DNA of 64,000 bases, counting the filler, from Hyphochytrium catenoides (taxonomy: Eukaryota > Protista > Hyphochytriomycota), in assembly GCA_900088475.1 (NCBI GenBank). It is 10 parts of 10 records of this genome, joined end to end, with 100 filler letters (N's around TTAATTAATTAA, not from the genome) between each part and the next. Parts side by side here need not be neighbours in the genome. Positions count along the whole stretch, not along the records: positions 33,842 to 42,802 come from FLMG01003667.1; positions 42,903 to 50,893 come from FLMG01001819.1; positions 50,994 to 53,515 come from FLMG01002283.1; positions 53,616 to 57,642 come from FLMG01002727.1; 6 more parts are not named here. One strand, given 5' to 3'. The notes below the pieces were generated by a model. It had not been told where the DNA came from, searched no databases, and was given only the letters and a program-made list of their open reading frames with translations. Position numbers and translations under genes: made by a program. The stretch's first letter is position 1. The number at the start of each line of letters is the position of its first letter. Shown here piece by piece: positions 40,084 to 53,732 of this stretch.

Positions 40084-41693
40084 GTTTTGGCGGATACGAT
40101 CAATAGCTCTCGAACAGAGAGATAAGTGGGAGGATTAGGGGACTGGTAGACTGTGCTTGAAGGAAGCGAAGCCAAGAGATAGCTCAGCAGCAGACCACAA
40201 AGGCCAAGTCATGCTCTGTGGAAGGACGAGAAGGAACCGATAAGCAAGAGAGAGACTAGCATCATACTCTCTTACCCTTGTGGGCCTGCCTCCATAGCTG
40301 TGTCATCATTCTCTTCTCTCTCTGGCGTGTTTCCACTGCTGGCTCCCAGCAAACGAGCGCATGTCTCTAAGGCGCCGCTGGTGCGGAAGAATACTCTGCA
40401 GCAGCGCAGAAGTTAGGACAAAACAGGGAACATGGCGAAGGGATTCACGAAAGAGAAGACCTCAGGGAACAGGTTCATCTGAGGAGACAAGAGAAGAAGG
40501 GAAATACCGCCACAAGAGAAAGAGGGAGAGAAAGAAAGGGAGCGATGGACAAGCGCAGAAGGAAGAGTATGACAGAGAGAGAAAGTTCAGGCCCACTTTT
40601 ACCTGGCCTTACTGTCACTCAGAGCTCCTGCTAACAGTGTGAGAAGGACAACAAGACGCTGCAATAGTAGAAGTTAGGAGAGAGAAGATCTACCCTCAAC
40701 CCACCGCCTTTTCTCTCTCATCTACTCGCCTGCCCCTCCCTTCTCTCTCTCTCTCTCTCTCTCTCTCCCTCTTTCTCTTATCCAGGACTGCCGCCATCAG
40801 CATTACCTCCACCTCTTTGCCCTTAGAAACTCCGTTCTCTTCACTTTGGCCGAGGTCTCCATGTGTTTGGTCCTTAGCTTTGGTGAGGACGAAGAGTTCT
40901 TGGATGAGCTTGTCAAGGAGAAGAATGTCTTTGGCTGTTCCATCTCTCTTCTCCTTCGCCTTCTCTACCAACTCTGTGACCTACCAGCAGGAGACGAAGA
41001 AGAAAGGTTGAGGTGGGTTGTTAGAGACGTAGGACGAGAGAGAGAGAGGCTAACAGACAAAGACAGGCAGAGAGAGAGAAAGAGAGCTGATAAAGAAAGA
41101 CAGAGAAAGAGACACGGAGAATTGGGACCAGAAAATGACAAAAGGAGAGAGAGGAAGGGACAAAAGAATAGGCCCGGGTTACGGGGAGAGTGCTTGACGA
41201 CGACGGGAGGAGGGAGGAAACTTAGGAAACTGGTTCTCTCTTAAATCTCTCTCTCCTTCCCTCTTTCTCGGCTCTCTCTCTCTCTCTCTCTCTCCCCCAG
41301 CCTCTACCTCCAGAATTCCTCTTAAGGTTCTCACCTGTTCCTCTGCTAGTCGAGCCTCACATTGGCTCTTGACCTCTCTATACTCCTTGGCTAAATCTTC
41401 ATTGTTTGGCTCTAGCTTCACAGCGCGCTGCAGGTCAGCTAGAGCTTCCTCCTGCCGTCCCGCTCGGCGGTGGGCTTGAGCTCTACCGAGGACGAGAAAG
41501 GAAAGTGAGAGGTAAGAGAAAAATGCAGTAAGAGAGAGAAATGCAGGAACTGAGAGGCCAACATCCTTCCCACAACCATCAATAAAGACCGGCTAGCTCT
41601 GGGAGAAAGTCACCAAGGAGTGAGAAGTCGTTAGCAAGAGAGCGAGAGAAAGAGAGAGAGAGAAGAGGGAGAGAGAGACACAGACAGACCGAC

Positions 41694-41747
<54 letters not shown>

Positions 41748-42599
41748 AACACAGACAGACCGACAGAGAATGAGAGAGAGAAAGAGAGAGAGAAACACAG
41801 ACAGACAGACAGACAGAGAAAGAGAGAGAGAGAAAGAGAGAGAGAAACACAGACAGACAGAGAAAGAGAGAGAGAAAAGAGAGATTAAGAGAGTGAGTGT
41901 GAAAGACAAGAAAAACCCCTTGAGCAAGAGCGAGGGAGTGCGCGCGCGAGAGAGAGACACAGAAAAGAGATCGGAAGGGACAGGAGTAGGGAGAAGCTAG
42001 TCTGTCGGACGTTGGCGCCGGGTGCAAAAGCCTCCAAGCTGAAATGTACGGAGACAGACAGGAGAGAGACTTCTCGGCAAAACAGACCTTCGAGAGAGAG
42101 CCTTGTAGCTCGTAGGATCCACTCTGAGAGCTCTGCTGCTGAACTCTATCACCTCATCTAAGTCATTTGTTCTCAGATATACCTGAGTGACAGGAGAGAG
42201 AGAAAAGGTGAGAAGGAGAGAGTTCATCTCGTCAATGGTCGCTTTGTCTGTGTGTCCCTTAACATTTTGCCTTTCTTCGGGGAGAAGACCGCTAATGTTT
42301 GTTCTCTTCTCCAAGAAAGTCTTTCTCTCCTCGGTTGTGGCACTGTGTCTCTCCTCTCTCTTCGAACGTCCTACAACTCTTGGCGTCTCTCCCACTCTTT
42401 TCTCGTTTCTCTCTTCTTCTTCTCTTCTCCTTTTCTATGGCTCACTCTTCCTTTCTTTCTCACCTGTGCAATGTTGACCAACGTACTGACGCAGAAGCTG
42501 TCACTTTCTAAAGACTTTTGATACCAAGACAGTGCCTGATTGAAGTCTCTTCGCTTGAAATACTCATTACCCTTCAACCGACTCTCTGCGTAGAAAGGT
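36583..42599 (-). CDS. TPR + ARM-repeat protein, TTC12-like; 5' end beyond contig
   Basis: Three TPRs (KGNEYFKRRDFNQALSWYQKSL..NIAQ|VYL..ALRVDPTSYKALSR|RAQAH..ALADLQRAVKLEPNN), ARM-like exons (AREDVAAILTNLS), C-terminus ARQNTAILLAKLA..YRQILEDYRVMEML. Confidence 0.75.
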
Positions 42600-43782
42600 C
42601 AAGCGAGGGAGAGAGGGAAAGAAAGAGAGAAAGGGAGAAAAGTAGACGAAGAGAGACGAAGAGAGAATGAGAAAAGAGAGAGAACGAGATCAGAGAAAGG
42701 AGAGTGAATGAAAGACAGAGCAGAGATTGGGGAGGTGGCATAGAGATGGACCAAGCAGACAGAGATAATGTTCCAGAGCATCCTGGAGTTACCATTCTCC
42801 TTNNNNNNNNNNNNNNNNNNNNNNNNNNNNNNNNNNNNNNNNNNNNTTAATTAATTAANNNNNNNNNNNNNNNNNNNNNNNNNNNNNNNNNNNNNNNNNN
42901 NNTAATGATGATCTGATCTTGTCCCCGGCCCTATAATAGTGACCTTCCTCACTGTTGCTGGGTTAGGAAAGGAAGAGGAAGAGCTGAACAGAGATCATCA
43001 CGTGGCGAAGGAGGCTATCCAACTGCTGATAGATTAGTCAATGAGGTTTCTGCACACGAAGTGAGCCCGAGAAGCTAATGATTAATCAAGTTCTATAAAG
43101 CCTAATTATAAAAGTATGCAAAGGTATGAACTTGAAGTGCACGAGAGATGCGGAGCGAAGATCCTTTACGAAGTACGAGTAAGAGATTGAAAAGAGAGTC
43201 ATAGAAGCACAACGACGATCAAAGTTCTAGAGGGATAGGAACAGAAGAAACAAGGACGAGTAAGGCCTTAGATGAGATTCCTTGCTAGTCTATGAAGAAC
43301 CTGATCAAATAAGGAGTTTTCCACCAACTGTCAGGGGAGTAGAGCAGCGCGGGACAATAATAATAGGAAAGGATGCTAATAATAAACCCTGAAGAAGGGA
43401 AATAACCTTCCTCCTGGTGTTAGAGTAGTTCTAACGACATAAACGGCAGTCCTTGGTTTCAACAGGGAAGAGCGGTCGTCGCTCTTCGACCCCTGGGTCC
43501 GTGCCTCCAGGGCCTGAGGCTATGATGCTATGATACTTCGTTTGATACTCGTCTCTTCAAGGCGGAGCTCTTTCCTCCCCTCATAACTGTGACCGCTCTC
43601 ACCCTAAAACCGCAGGTTGGCCTAGAGACAGAGGCTGGCTCATCATTCTCTAAGGCTCATGTCCGAGACCAGGCGACTGAACACTGTACTCCGAGGACTA
43701 GGACAGCCAACACGGCAACTAGTAATTATTGTTTAGTCATTGCTCGAAAATCTTTATCTTTATAAGAACATTTTTAAAGCCG

Positions 43783-44302
43783 TTTTTTTCCTATTTATTG
43801 CTACTACTATCGCTACTAACAGACTAATTCTAGAAGAAGAAGAAAGAGAAAAAGAAGAAGAGGAAGAAGAAGAGAAGAAAAGCTAAGAAGCCTTAGGCTC
43901 TTCCATCATCTCAGCTCGAACCTGCTCCCTGCTCATCATCAGTAAAAGAAGAATCATAGTTGATTTCCTCAGTAATGATGAGCGGAGAAGAAGGAGGAGG
44001 AGGAGGTGAACCATCAGCAACCATGTCATCATCAGCAACCATGTCATCACCAGCAACCATCATGTCAACACCGTCGAGCTCAGCCGTCGCGAGACAAGCA
44101 AGAGAAGGGTCCAGCTGTTCAGGAGGAACGCGCTTCAATATTTGAAGTGCATTTTCTTCGTGAATGGCCAAAGACACTCGCGTGTGAAGGCGTAGGCCCA
44201 AGCTAAGCGAGACCAAGGACCAAGATGCCGAGAACCATCAAGAGCGGAGCGGTCACATTGAAGCTTCACCAGGTGACCCACACAATCAACGACGCCTTGC
44301 AT
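43783..44302 (-). mobile_element. 3' fragment of a CRE-like (RLE) non-LTR retrotransposon
   Basis: LRLHTRVSLAIHEENALQIL resembles the CRE C-terminal R.S.A.Q.GNA motif; followed by a TTC-rich tract and AATAAA plus A7 on the minus strand; homologous to 50166-50600. Confidence 0.55.
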
Positions 44303-47300
44303 TACATTTTTGAAGATAGTTCCCCTTGGGCTACGGTGGCCGGGGGATAGCTTGGTGGGGCCTAAGAAGACGAAGCCGCAACAGTCACTCACTCCCAGGT
44401 AGAACAGAAGTAGCTTGTCGCCTCCTCTAGTCCATTGTCCCGTACTGATCCCATAGACACGGGCACCTCAGCCCACCGCTCGGTGTGGACATAACGGTAG
44501 TAGTTCTATCACAAACTAGAATTCAACAGCTCGGGCGCCTCGACCTTCTAGGGAAAGCCGGGCAGTGGTTTCTTCTCAACGGGATATAAAGTAGACGGCG
44601 CCTAACCAGCAGACAGAGATCTCAGAGCCCTGATGATTTCCCCTCTCGCAAAAAAAAATGCTGGCAGCTTGGTCTTTTCTACTTGTCTGCAGAGGGGACT
44701 GGTAAAGGCCCGCCGCCCCACTAATGGCGGGCACTTCCAAGAAACGCTGTATGATGAGTCAGAGTCAGAGTTGTAGTCTTGCCATGGTAGGTCGCTGGAA
44801 GAGGCCGATCCTACCTCAACGTCCTTTCGGAGCCTTCGAAGTCCTGCCTTTGAGTCGACTGCCAGGACCTTTAGGGCAAGATCCAAATTCTTTCGACGGG
44901 CTGCAATGGCCTAAAACAGCGAGTCAGTAGAAAGAGAAATAAAGGTAGAACAAGACAGAACGATAACTAAGCAGGTGACAGATCTGGGGACTAGGGCGCA
45001 GACGAGAGTCAAAGGGTGAGGCTCAAGGTAGGGACTGTTGAGAAAAAAGAGGCGCCTCTCTCAGAGGGGAGAGAGAAGAGAGAACTGACATTGACATAGA
45101 GTCGTAGATAAGAAGGCAGGATGAGCTGTAGTCTGAACAGCAGGAGAGAGATCTTGAGGAAGGACGGTCTTTGGACTGTCATAGAGCTAGGGGCTACAAT
45201 TTCAAAAGATAGAGAATACCTACAGACCAAGAAGAGTTAGCGAGAGGAGCTTCTTGCATGCGAAAGGATAGGACGCCCATGGTGCATTACTTACCTCCAA
45301 GGAGATACCCTTCCCTGCAATGGTCCTCGGTCTAGCTAGCTGGAGGAGTGGTTGTCCTGGCAGCCCAGAGGCGGTCTCTTTCTGGTCGCTTACGTCCATC
45401 CCTGTTGGCAACTTCATTGTAGACCACTAATCTCTGGTGATGCGGGGCAAGAGTCGGGTCTTTATGGCTTTAGAAGGTTTCGCCATTGGCCCGCAGGGTG
45501 GGCCGGGGGCTGTTCAGGAGGATCACGCCAGAGATGTCGTACATACATTTCTCTATAGTAATCCTCCTTCTGCTTCGTACTACTTAGAAGTCAAGAGCCC
45601 GCCGTTGTTGTCAAGCGCAAGAAGCAGTCGCAAGGAGTCATGTATCGTCTATAGGTGATCCTTTGCATTGGTGCAGACTCTTCGTGTTTCGTACGATATT
45701 CAGTGGAAAAAGGCTGACTGACGATGAGAACGACGATTGGAAGTAAGAGGGAGGTGGTGCTCTTCGACCCTAGGGAACTCTCCTGCCTCCTCCCCGCTTA
45801 TGGGACTCTGCTGCCTTCTCCCCCGCCACTGCTAGAAGTAAATGCCTCTCTCCTGCAGCTCCTCCTCCCTCCTTGCTTCGCTCCTCCTCCCCATACCGTG
45901 CAGCCTGCTGCGATAGTTGGCCGGCCAGCGCGCGAAGAAAAGGCGTTACGGGGACGAGAGGTACTGGACTTGACTACTCTACTATGTAGACCTGGACCTG
46001 TACTTGTGTCACCAACAAGTACTACCGAAGATCTGTCGAGTATTTGTAATACTTGTCAAGAGGCTCCTTAGAGCTACTACAGGTACTGTCCACGAAGACA
46101 CACAAACAAGGGAAAGTGCAGATCGGATACTTGCACAGTTACCAAGTAATTCTACAGGTCACAAGTAAAAGTTGTACCCTGAAGCGGTAGGTCCAAGTAC
46201 AACGTAGCAACCTCTAACGAGTATTTGTACAGGTACAAGTACAGGGTGTAGTCCTCGAGCCATGCCGTGCTGATATATCTCGAGAACAGCAGCGAGCAGT
46301 AGGTTTTAGCGTTTTAGCCACCGCCAACTTACCGTAAATACAAGTAGTTCTACAGTAGACGAAAAGTACAGTTGCAATGCAGAGATGGTCTTCCATCGAA
46401 TGCCCCTGCCTGCGCACGATGCGATCTTGGGTCAGCTTCCTGGAGCTGTTGCCGGAGGTCTTATCTAGTAGTAGTGGTGGTGTGGAGGTGGGAGAGACGA
46501 CTGTAGTCTATGCATAAACTCTAGTATGTAGTTACTCCACTTATTAGTTTCTCCAACTAGTAACTAAAATAAAACTACAATCATGGTGACTGGATAAAGC
46601 GAGAACCAGTACTGTTTTCGTAGAAGTTGTAAGTAAGTGACTTTAGTGGATTATGTGTGAAGAGTTGCATGCTCGCTATTCTTGGCACGAAAGCAATCAC
46701 AATCTGATCTGATCTTCAGAGACGCAGTCGGCATCAAAGAAGCAGCAGAAGAAGTCATCAGGGGAGGGTACTAAGGGTTAGTGCGAAGTGAAGAGGAATG
46801 TGAATCATCATCTTTGTCGTTATAAAAGGAGAAGCAACTATTTGTTTCGCTAGCTGGTTGACTTGACTATCCTATTCCTCTCCTTCTCTTCTTCTGCTGC
46901 ATAATAATAGTCGCCTCGCCGGTCACAATAGAGGATAATAGATCTTCTCTTTCAAATCTAATAAGCTCTACCAGGGCAGCCGCCTACAAACCTACAAACT
47001 GTACGAACCAAGAATTGCAAATCCATAATCTCTACTTTGAGCCCTCTTGTTGATAGTTCTAAACAGGCGGCATGAAAAGAACGCAATTAAATGAGTCCGA
47101 TAATGGATAGTGGTGCTTCTACAATTCTTGTAAACCTCAACCACCTGCTCTTAATTTCTTATTATATTATCTACACTCATTACACAGAAGAACTATGGAG
47201 GAGAAGAAGGAGGAAAAGGAAGAAGAAGAAGAAGAAGAGACAACAAGAGCTACAAAATTTTGTTGCTCTTCTTTTCATCCACTCTCTTCTTTCTGCCCCT

Positions 47301-48155
47301 TCGTTCTTTGTCGAAAGGAAGAATCATAGTTAGAGCCCCGACAAAAACAGAGCAGAAGGAGGAGGAGGAGAAGATCGCGTGTCGCTGTGACCATACTTCA
47401 ACAGACCCTCGACCAGGCAAGCAAGATAAGGTCCAAATGCTGAAAAGGAATGAAACGCACTTTCTTCTCGCGTGGATGGCAAATGAGACTCTTGTTTGAT
47501 GATGAGCTAAAGCCATCGCCAATCGAAGAGACGATTGGCCATGATGCTGGTGGCGAAAGCATCATCATCCGGCGAAGAGAAATCACACACAGTGAAGCTT
47601 CACAAGCTACTGCACACACTTCGGAAGATAAGAAATAAGGTAAAGAGAGAGCAGAAAGTGCGTATTATGCAGAGACAGAAGAATCAAAAGCGATGGGTGT
47701 GATGTACCAAAGTTTCCTTACACCTTCCACACCTGTCATTAAACATGAAACCACTGCTGGAAGAGCGTTTCAGGTCCAAGAAGGTAGGCGAGCAGAGCTC
47801 GCATTTGCCAAGGGTAAGCTCCAAACTAAAAGGCGGGTTGCGGACAAGGAATTTTATTTTGGGAAGGGCCTTTCGCGACATTGTCTATTATTGCGCCCAT
47901 AGGAGGGGCCTCATCGAGGTACCACACGTGGAGGTCCAAGGTAGATGCAGAGTCACCGATGATGTCGGCGACAATAGATTAAAGGATTAACCCGAATCGC
48001 CGCCGAGGACCAAAAGAAGGGTCACTTTTATTTATCAGTATAGAAAAAGAGGCATAGATACCGACGATAGGATGATGAAGAGTGACATTCTCTTTCGCTC
48101 AGTTTTGAAGGAAAAAAAGCGTATCTTATGATTAGAATAACTTAGCTGCTAGAGT

Positions 48156-49556
48156 TTATGAACCGCATATTTGGATGCCATCCTCGTGTTCTTCTCGTGT
48201 TTTCGCCAAGATCCTACTATAATAACGTAAGAGTAAGTCATCGACTCCTGTGTGGAGCCCATATTGCTGGACTCCAAGGATTCCTGCCGATCTCCTTCCT
48301 CTTTCTTTCTCTCTCAATACAGAGAGAACCTTCGCGACAAAGTCATCCACATTATTATCAAGGTTCAAAGAACCAGTTGATGCTTCCTTCGTCTGTGTTT
48401 TCTTCGTCGCTGCTGCAGAGTACTTGTATCCCTTGTTCTTCTGCACCTAGACAACTGTAGGCAGCAGGAAAAGCTCCAGCCAAAGGACTAAACACTGGCC
48501 TCCCACAACAGAGAGATTTCGCGACGGTGACACCAAAAGTCTCAGGTTCTGATGCGGTGAAATGAATATCGGAAAGGGCGGCGTAAACAGCGCGCGAGAG
48601 TCTCTCTCCCTCATATCATGCCGACGAAGAAAGTTCTCCTGTCAGTCTCTGTTTTTATCCGAATGAATTAAGTACTCCTCCCAGCTCGACTCAAACTTCC
48701 GTGAGTCTAGGAGTTCCATAGAGACTCTCTTTTTCGGTCCGAAGAGCTCATAGGATAGACTGACAAGTCTTTCCCTGTCTCGACCATCACCCGCGATGAG
48801 AAACTTCGCGTGGGGATGAAGTCTGCGATGCGCCTTTGCTTTATTGAGAAGCTCCACGGTCTTCTCCTTTCCTAGCCTACCAACGTAGCAGAGAAGAGGA
48901 CCCTCTTCTTCTTCCTCCATAATCTTTCCTATAGGCACCTTGAGGCCTTTTCTTCATCGTCTTCACCACCTCTCTTTGATAGTAGGCGCTTGCGGGAGAA
49001 AATACTTCCGTGTCAACTCCGCTTCTCATTAGGTGAACTTTTCTTTACCGTGAGCAAGCACTGCCTGATCTGCAATCTTGGATGGGGTTCCTATCTCTTC
49101 TGCAAAGACCGACGATCCGTAAATAAGTAAACAACATTAGCATGAGTCCACGTGGCTAGGTTGTGAAACCATTCTTCTGGAAGATCATACACCTTCCCAT
49201 ACTTCTCCAGGGCAACGTGATGCGAAGAGTAGATTTTGATGCCTCTTAACCAAAAGAGAGGCAAGAGCAGCAAAACAAAAGGGAGGCAGAGCGGAAGAAC
49301 AATATATAACAAGTCGTAAAGAAGAAGACGCTGGAAAGGGTTGTTCAGCAGCTCGTAAAATAGCCGAGGGAGAATCATCCAGAAAGTTCGTTGTTCATTA
49401 TAGAAAGGCTGGGCAATAGATGGTCCTACATAGTGGCAATCTATCCCCTTCACAGAGTAGAAGAGCACGAAAATCTCGGATAAGGCCGTCAAATCTCACG
49501 GCTATGCCAGAGACGTAAGGGGGAAGAAGGTACTCTGTTACCACCAGGATGTGCAT
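48156..49556 (-). pseudogene. Intronless, frameshifted GT4-family glycosyltransferase (SQD2/glycolipid-synthase-like)
   Basis: MHILVVTEYLLPPYVSGIAVRF, MRSGVDTEVFSP, LCYVGRLGKEKTV, FLIAGDGRDRERL and ASEPETFGVTVAKSLCCGRPVL lie in broken reading frames with stops. Confidence 0.85.
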
Positions 49557-49789
49557 CTTTCCTCTCTTCCCCTCTTCTGCAATTCAGGATGCTCAGCGAC
49601 CGGCTGGTAGATGCTCACTCTTCTTCTTCTTCCTTCTCTTCTGCCCAACACTTTCTCCTTGTCTTCTTCTTCATCAGCCCTGCTTAGGCAAGGTTATATA
49701 CTTCTTGCAACATTAGTAAGTGGGGAAAGAAGAGGATCGATGAAAGTTCCTCTGCTATTGCAACTCACAAAAGCGGTTTTCCGTGGGTC

Positions 49790-50603
49790 TCTTTGCATAC
49801 GCCACGACGTTATGAGGTTGCGGCAAACTCCGTTGTTGTACTACTGTGAGCAGCATTTGACGTAGACCTGTTTACGTCTGACAGACCAAGTGAGCGTAAA
49901 GTGAGTGAGAGCCATCATGGCGACAGACAAAGTCAAACCCGGCTGTACCGTTTTGATTGACTATTAGAACTACAGGGAGTCTGAAGCTGGAGCCGAGAGA
50001 AGAGTAGAGGGCGGCAATCTGAGGATCACTTTCAGCGGTAAACGATAAATAAGAGTTTGGTCGGGCTAACTGCTGTGTAGTAAAAGCTCGAGGTTTGAGG
50101 TTCCTTGTGAGGCTGTAGGGCTGCTGCAGTTTATTCCGCTAGTTTGGGAGTCGTTTGGGGGAGCCATGCAAGGCGTCGTTGATTGTGTGAGACAAGTGGT
50201 GAAGCTTCAATGGGACCGCTCTGCTCTTGTTGATGCTTCTCGGCATCTTGGTCACATTGTTGGTCTCGCTTATTAGCTATTATGGGCTTACGCCTTCATA
50301 CGCGAATATCTTTAGCCACCATTCACGAAGAAAATGCGCTTCAAATCTTGAAGCGTCTTTCTATTGAACAGCTGGACCCTAGTCTCGCGACGGCTGATGT
50401 GAGTTCGACGGTGATGTCATGGTTGCTGGTGGCTCACCTCCTCCTCGTCCTTCTTTTCCGCTTATTATCATTACTGAGGAAATCAACTATGATTCTTCCT
50501 TTACTGATGATGAGCAGGGAGCAGATCGAGCTGATGAAGATGAGCCCAAGGCTTCTTTCTTAGCTTTCCTTCTCTTCTTCTTCCTCTTCTTCTTCTTCAC
50601 TCT
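49790..50603 (+). mobile_element. Degenerate 3' part of a CRE-like non-LTR retrotransposon
   Basis: IRHDVMR (RHD motif), PCEAVGLLQFIPLVWESFGG (F.P...E..G motif), RLHTRISLA.IHEENALQIL, then a TTC-rich tract. Confidence 0.6.
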
Positions 50604-51089
50604 NNNNNNNNNNNNNNNNNNNNNNNNNNNNNNTTCCTTTTTCTCTCTTTCTGGCCTACTTGTTGTTGAGAACCCTGTTCATCTGGGATCTCTATAGCAA
50701 GGAATACTCTTCTTCTTATATTCCTTGGTCCGACTTTCTTCCTTCATTACATTCTCTAGAACATTTGTTGCTGCTTCATCATGAACATTTTCTCTTTTCG
50801 ACTTTAAGTCTTCCCTTACTTCCAGACCACCAACGCTATTGCTGACTCCTTGGTACGGTTGATGACGTGTTGATCAATCATGATGGTCCAACTNNNNNNN
50901 NNNNNNNNNNNNNNNNNNNNNNNNNNNNNNNNNNNNNTTAATTAATTAANNNNNNNNNNNNNNNNNNNNNNNNNNNNNNNNNNNNNNNNNNNNGAGGACA
51001 GGAAGAGAGACAGAAAATGTCTTTGAGTATCTTCACTTACTAGACCATCTCTCGCTAGGCGTACACTCACTCGCTTCAATCCTTCTTCT

Positions 51090-51130
<41 letters not shown>

Positions 51131-51149
51131 TGACCCCATCTATTCTTAC

Positions 51150-51659
51150 AGGCTTAAGCTGCCTGGCGTTCTTGTCCAGGTTGGCTAGCCAAGCGTCTAG
51201 TGTGCGGGCGTAGTGTCTGCCATTGACGCGCCAGTGGTCCTCAATCCGCAGATCATTCTGGGAAAGCCAGAGACGGCGCCACAAAAGAGAGAGAGAAAGA
51301 CGATTATGCTTCGAAGTTGGAATAGAATATGGGAGTACCAGCCAAACAGAAGATGGGGAAGCCCAGAGAGAGAGAGGGAAAGAGAGAAAACGCAATCGAG
51401 CTGAATCAAAGAGCGCTAGCGTTGGCCATAGAAGGTTGACAGCTTACCTGGAAGTAGAGCAGCAGGTGATCGGAGGGCATCGTTCCTCCGGTGAAGAAAG
51501 TCTTGGCCATCCAGCCCTCGTCAAAGTGATAAGCGAAGTCCTTGTGACTGAAAATATGAACTGCGGAAGGAGGGAGAAAGAGAGAGGGGATATAAGCTCC
51601 GAATCAGTCGGTCTCTTAACTCTTTGCGGGGTCTCGTACTCTCTACTTACTGTTCTCTT

Positions 51660-51690
<31 letters not shown>

Positions 51691-52513
51691 AAGTCTCCAG
51701 GTCCTTCTGTTGGCTGCGCATCCTTACCGAAGAGTTTGCCTCCAGGCTTGAGCCATGTGGAGACCTTCTTCATGAGCTTTTCATAGTTCTTCATATGCTC
51801 AAACTATTTCCCGAACAGGGAAAGAGAGAGAGAGTAAATGGGAGGGAGGAGATGCGCAGGGGGAGAGGACAAACAGACAAAGAGAGAGAGAGAGAGAGAA
51901 CACTACCGTCAGAGAAAGAGAGAAATCTCTTGCAGCAAAAGAAGAGCAAGAACACGGTCATCCAGGTGAGTAAGCATCGAGACAGTGCATGTAGTGAATG
52001 ATTGAGACATGAACGTGATCAGAAGAGATAAGGAGATTATACTGATAAGTCAGGAGAGACATGACAGATGAAAAGACTGGGTCCATTCGAGGGAACTGCA
52101 TCAGGCTTTTAGCGAAAGAAGTATAGAAAGAGAGAGGGAAGGAGAGAGAGAGAGAGAGAAAGAGCGGGGGGGAGAAGAGGGAGGAGAGAAAGAGAGTGAG
52201 AGAAAGAGAGGAGATGCGACTTACCATTTCTATGCTGATGACTCTATCAAAGGTGCCTGGTGCCGGCGCTTCAAAGTCATTGATGTCACTGGTGATGACG
52301 GTGATGTTCTTCAGCCCTCGCTCCTTTGCTTTTCCCTCTATGAACGCCTTCTGAGAGGCAGAGTTGGAGACAGAAGTGATAGAACACTTGGGAAATTTCT
52401 CCGCGAGAAAGAGAGAGACCGAGCCCCAGCCGCAGCCCAAGTCCATTACCTATAAAGACAAACGTGATGAGGACGGAGAGAACAATGGGAGAGGGGAAAG
52501 GCTCTAGATGTCG

Positions 52514-52557
<44 letters not shown>

Positions 52558-52903
52558 AAGAAAGAAAGAGAGAAGAAAAAAGGTGCAGACCGAGGCACAG
52601 AAATAGGAAAAGATGCTCTGCCGGACCGATGCCCCAGAAAGGAGTCAGTCTAAATAGCGCTTGAAAACAGTGCGAAGCGAGTGAAGAAGAAAAGAGACTC
52701 CGTAGAGTAGATGCAGGCGATAACTCTCTCTCACTTTCATCCCATCCGTGATTCCTCCTTTCTGCACATATTGCTCCAGCATGGCTACCTCCTAAGGGAT
52801 AAAGGGCGATGAGAATGTGAGTGCAGCTTTGAGGGGACAGAGAAGGAAAGAGAAGGGAGACGGAGGGCTCACGAGCTACTGAGAACCCCTAAAAGGAACG
52901 ACA

Positions 52904-52957
<54 letters not shown>

Positions 52958-53279
52958 GAGAAGGAAAGAGCAAAAGAAGCCAACAATAGGAAACCACACC
53001 CTTCATTCTCTCAAACAGGAAGAAAAAGAAAGAGATGGAGAGAGAGAGACCGAGAGACACTGAGAAGGTGAGAGAGCGGAAGAGAGAGAAGGCGGAAGAG
53101 AGAGACAGAGAAAACAGAAGAAGAAGAGAGACAAGTATGGATAATGAGGAGAGCTAGAGAAGACTCAAGAGTCTTACAGCTTCTTCCAAGGTAGCCCTCT
53201 TACTGCTCAGCTGGGGGTAGAAGCAGGATGAGTATTTTAGCCTCGGGCCCAGCACCACTGTGTAGAACTCAGCAGGAAC
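51150..53279 (-). CDS. SAM-dependent methyltransferase, cyclopropane-fatty-acid synthase / coclaurine N-methyltransferase-like; both ends missing
   Basis: VPAEFYTVVLGPRLKYSSCFY|..|VMDLGCGWGSVSLF..SVSNSASQK..FDRVISIEM|FEHMKNY..WLKPGGKLF|VHIFSH..WMAKTFFTGGTMPS|..HWRVNGRHYARTLDAWL. Confidence 0.93.
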
Positions 53280-53286
53280 CTGAAGC

Positions 53287-53323
<37 letters not shown>

Positions 53324-53615
53324 GAGGGAAGACAGGGAGAGAGAGAGTGTGTGAGACCGTGGAGAGGCTCTAGGGAAGAGGTAGCGTGCATAGCTCGAGG
53401 CAAAAGGAGAGGTAATGAATATACATAGAACAGAGAGGAAGGGTAGAGTGCCAAGGCTCTCAGCATAAACGAGCAGAGGGAGAGAGTAGAGAGAGTAGAG
53501 AGAGAGAGAGAGAGANNNNNNNNNNNNNNNNNNNNNNNNNNNNNNNNNNNNNNNNNNNNTTAATTAATTAANNNNNNNNNNNNNNNNNNNNNNNNNNNNN
53601 NNNNNNNNNNNNNNN

Positions 53616-53694
53616 GATTGGAAACAAATCATGAATTAACGTCAACCTCAGAATTGTGCTGGCCCGGGGGTACGATTTACTACCTGTGAACTAA

Positions 53695-53732
<38 letters not shown>

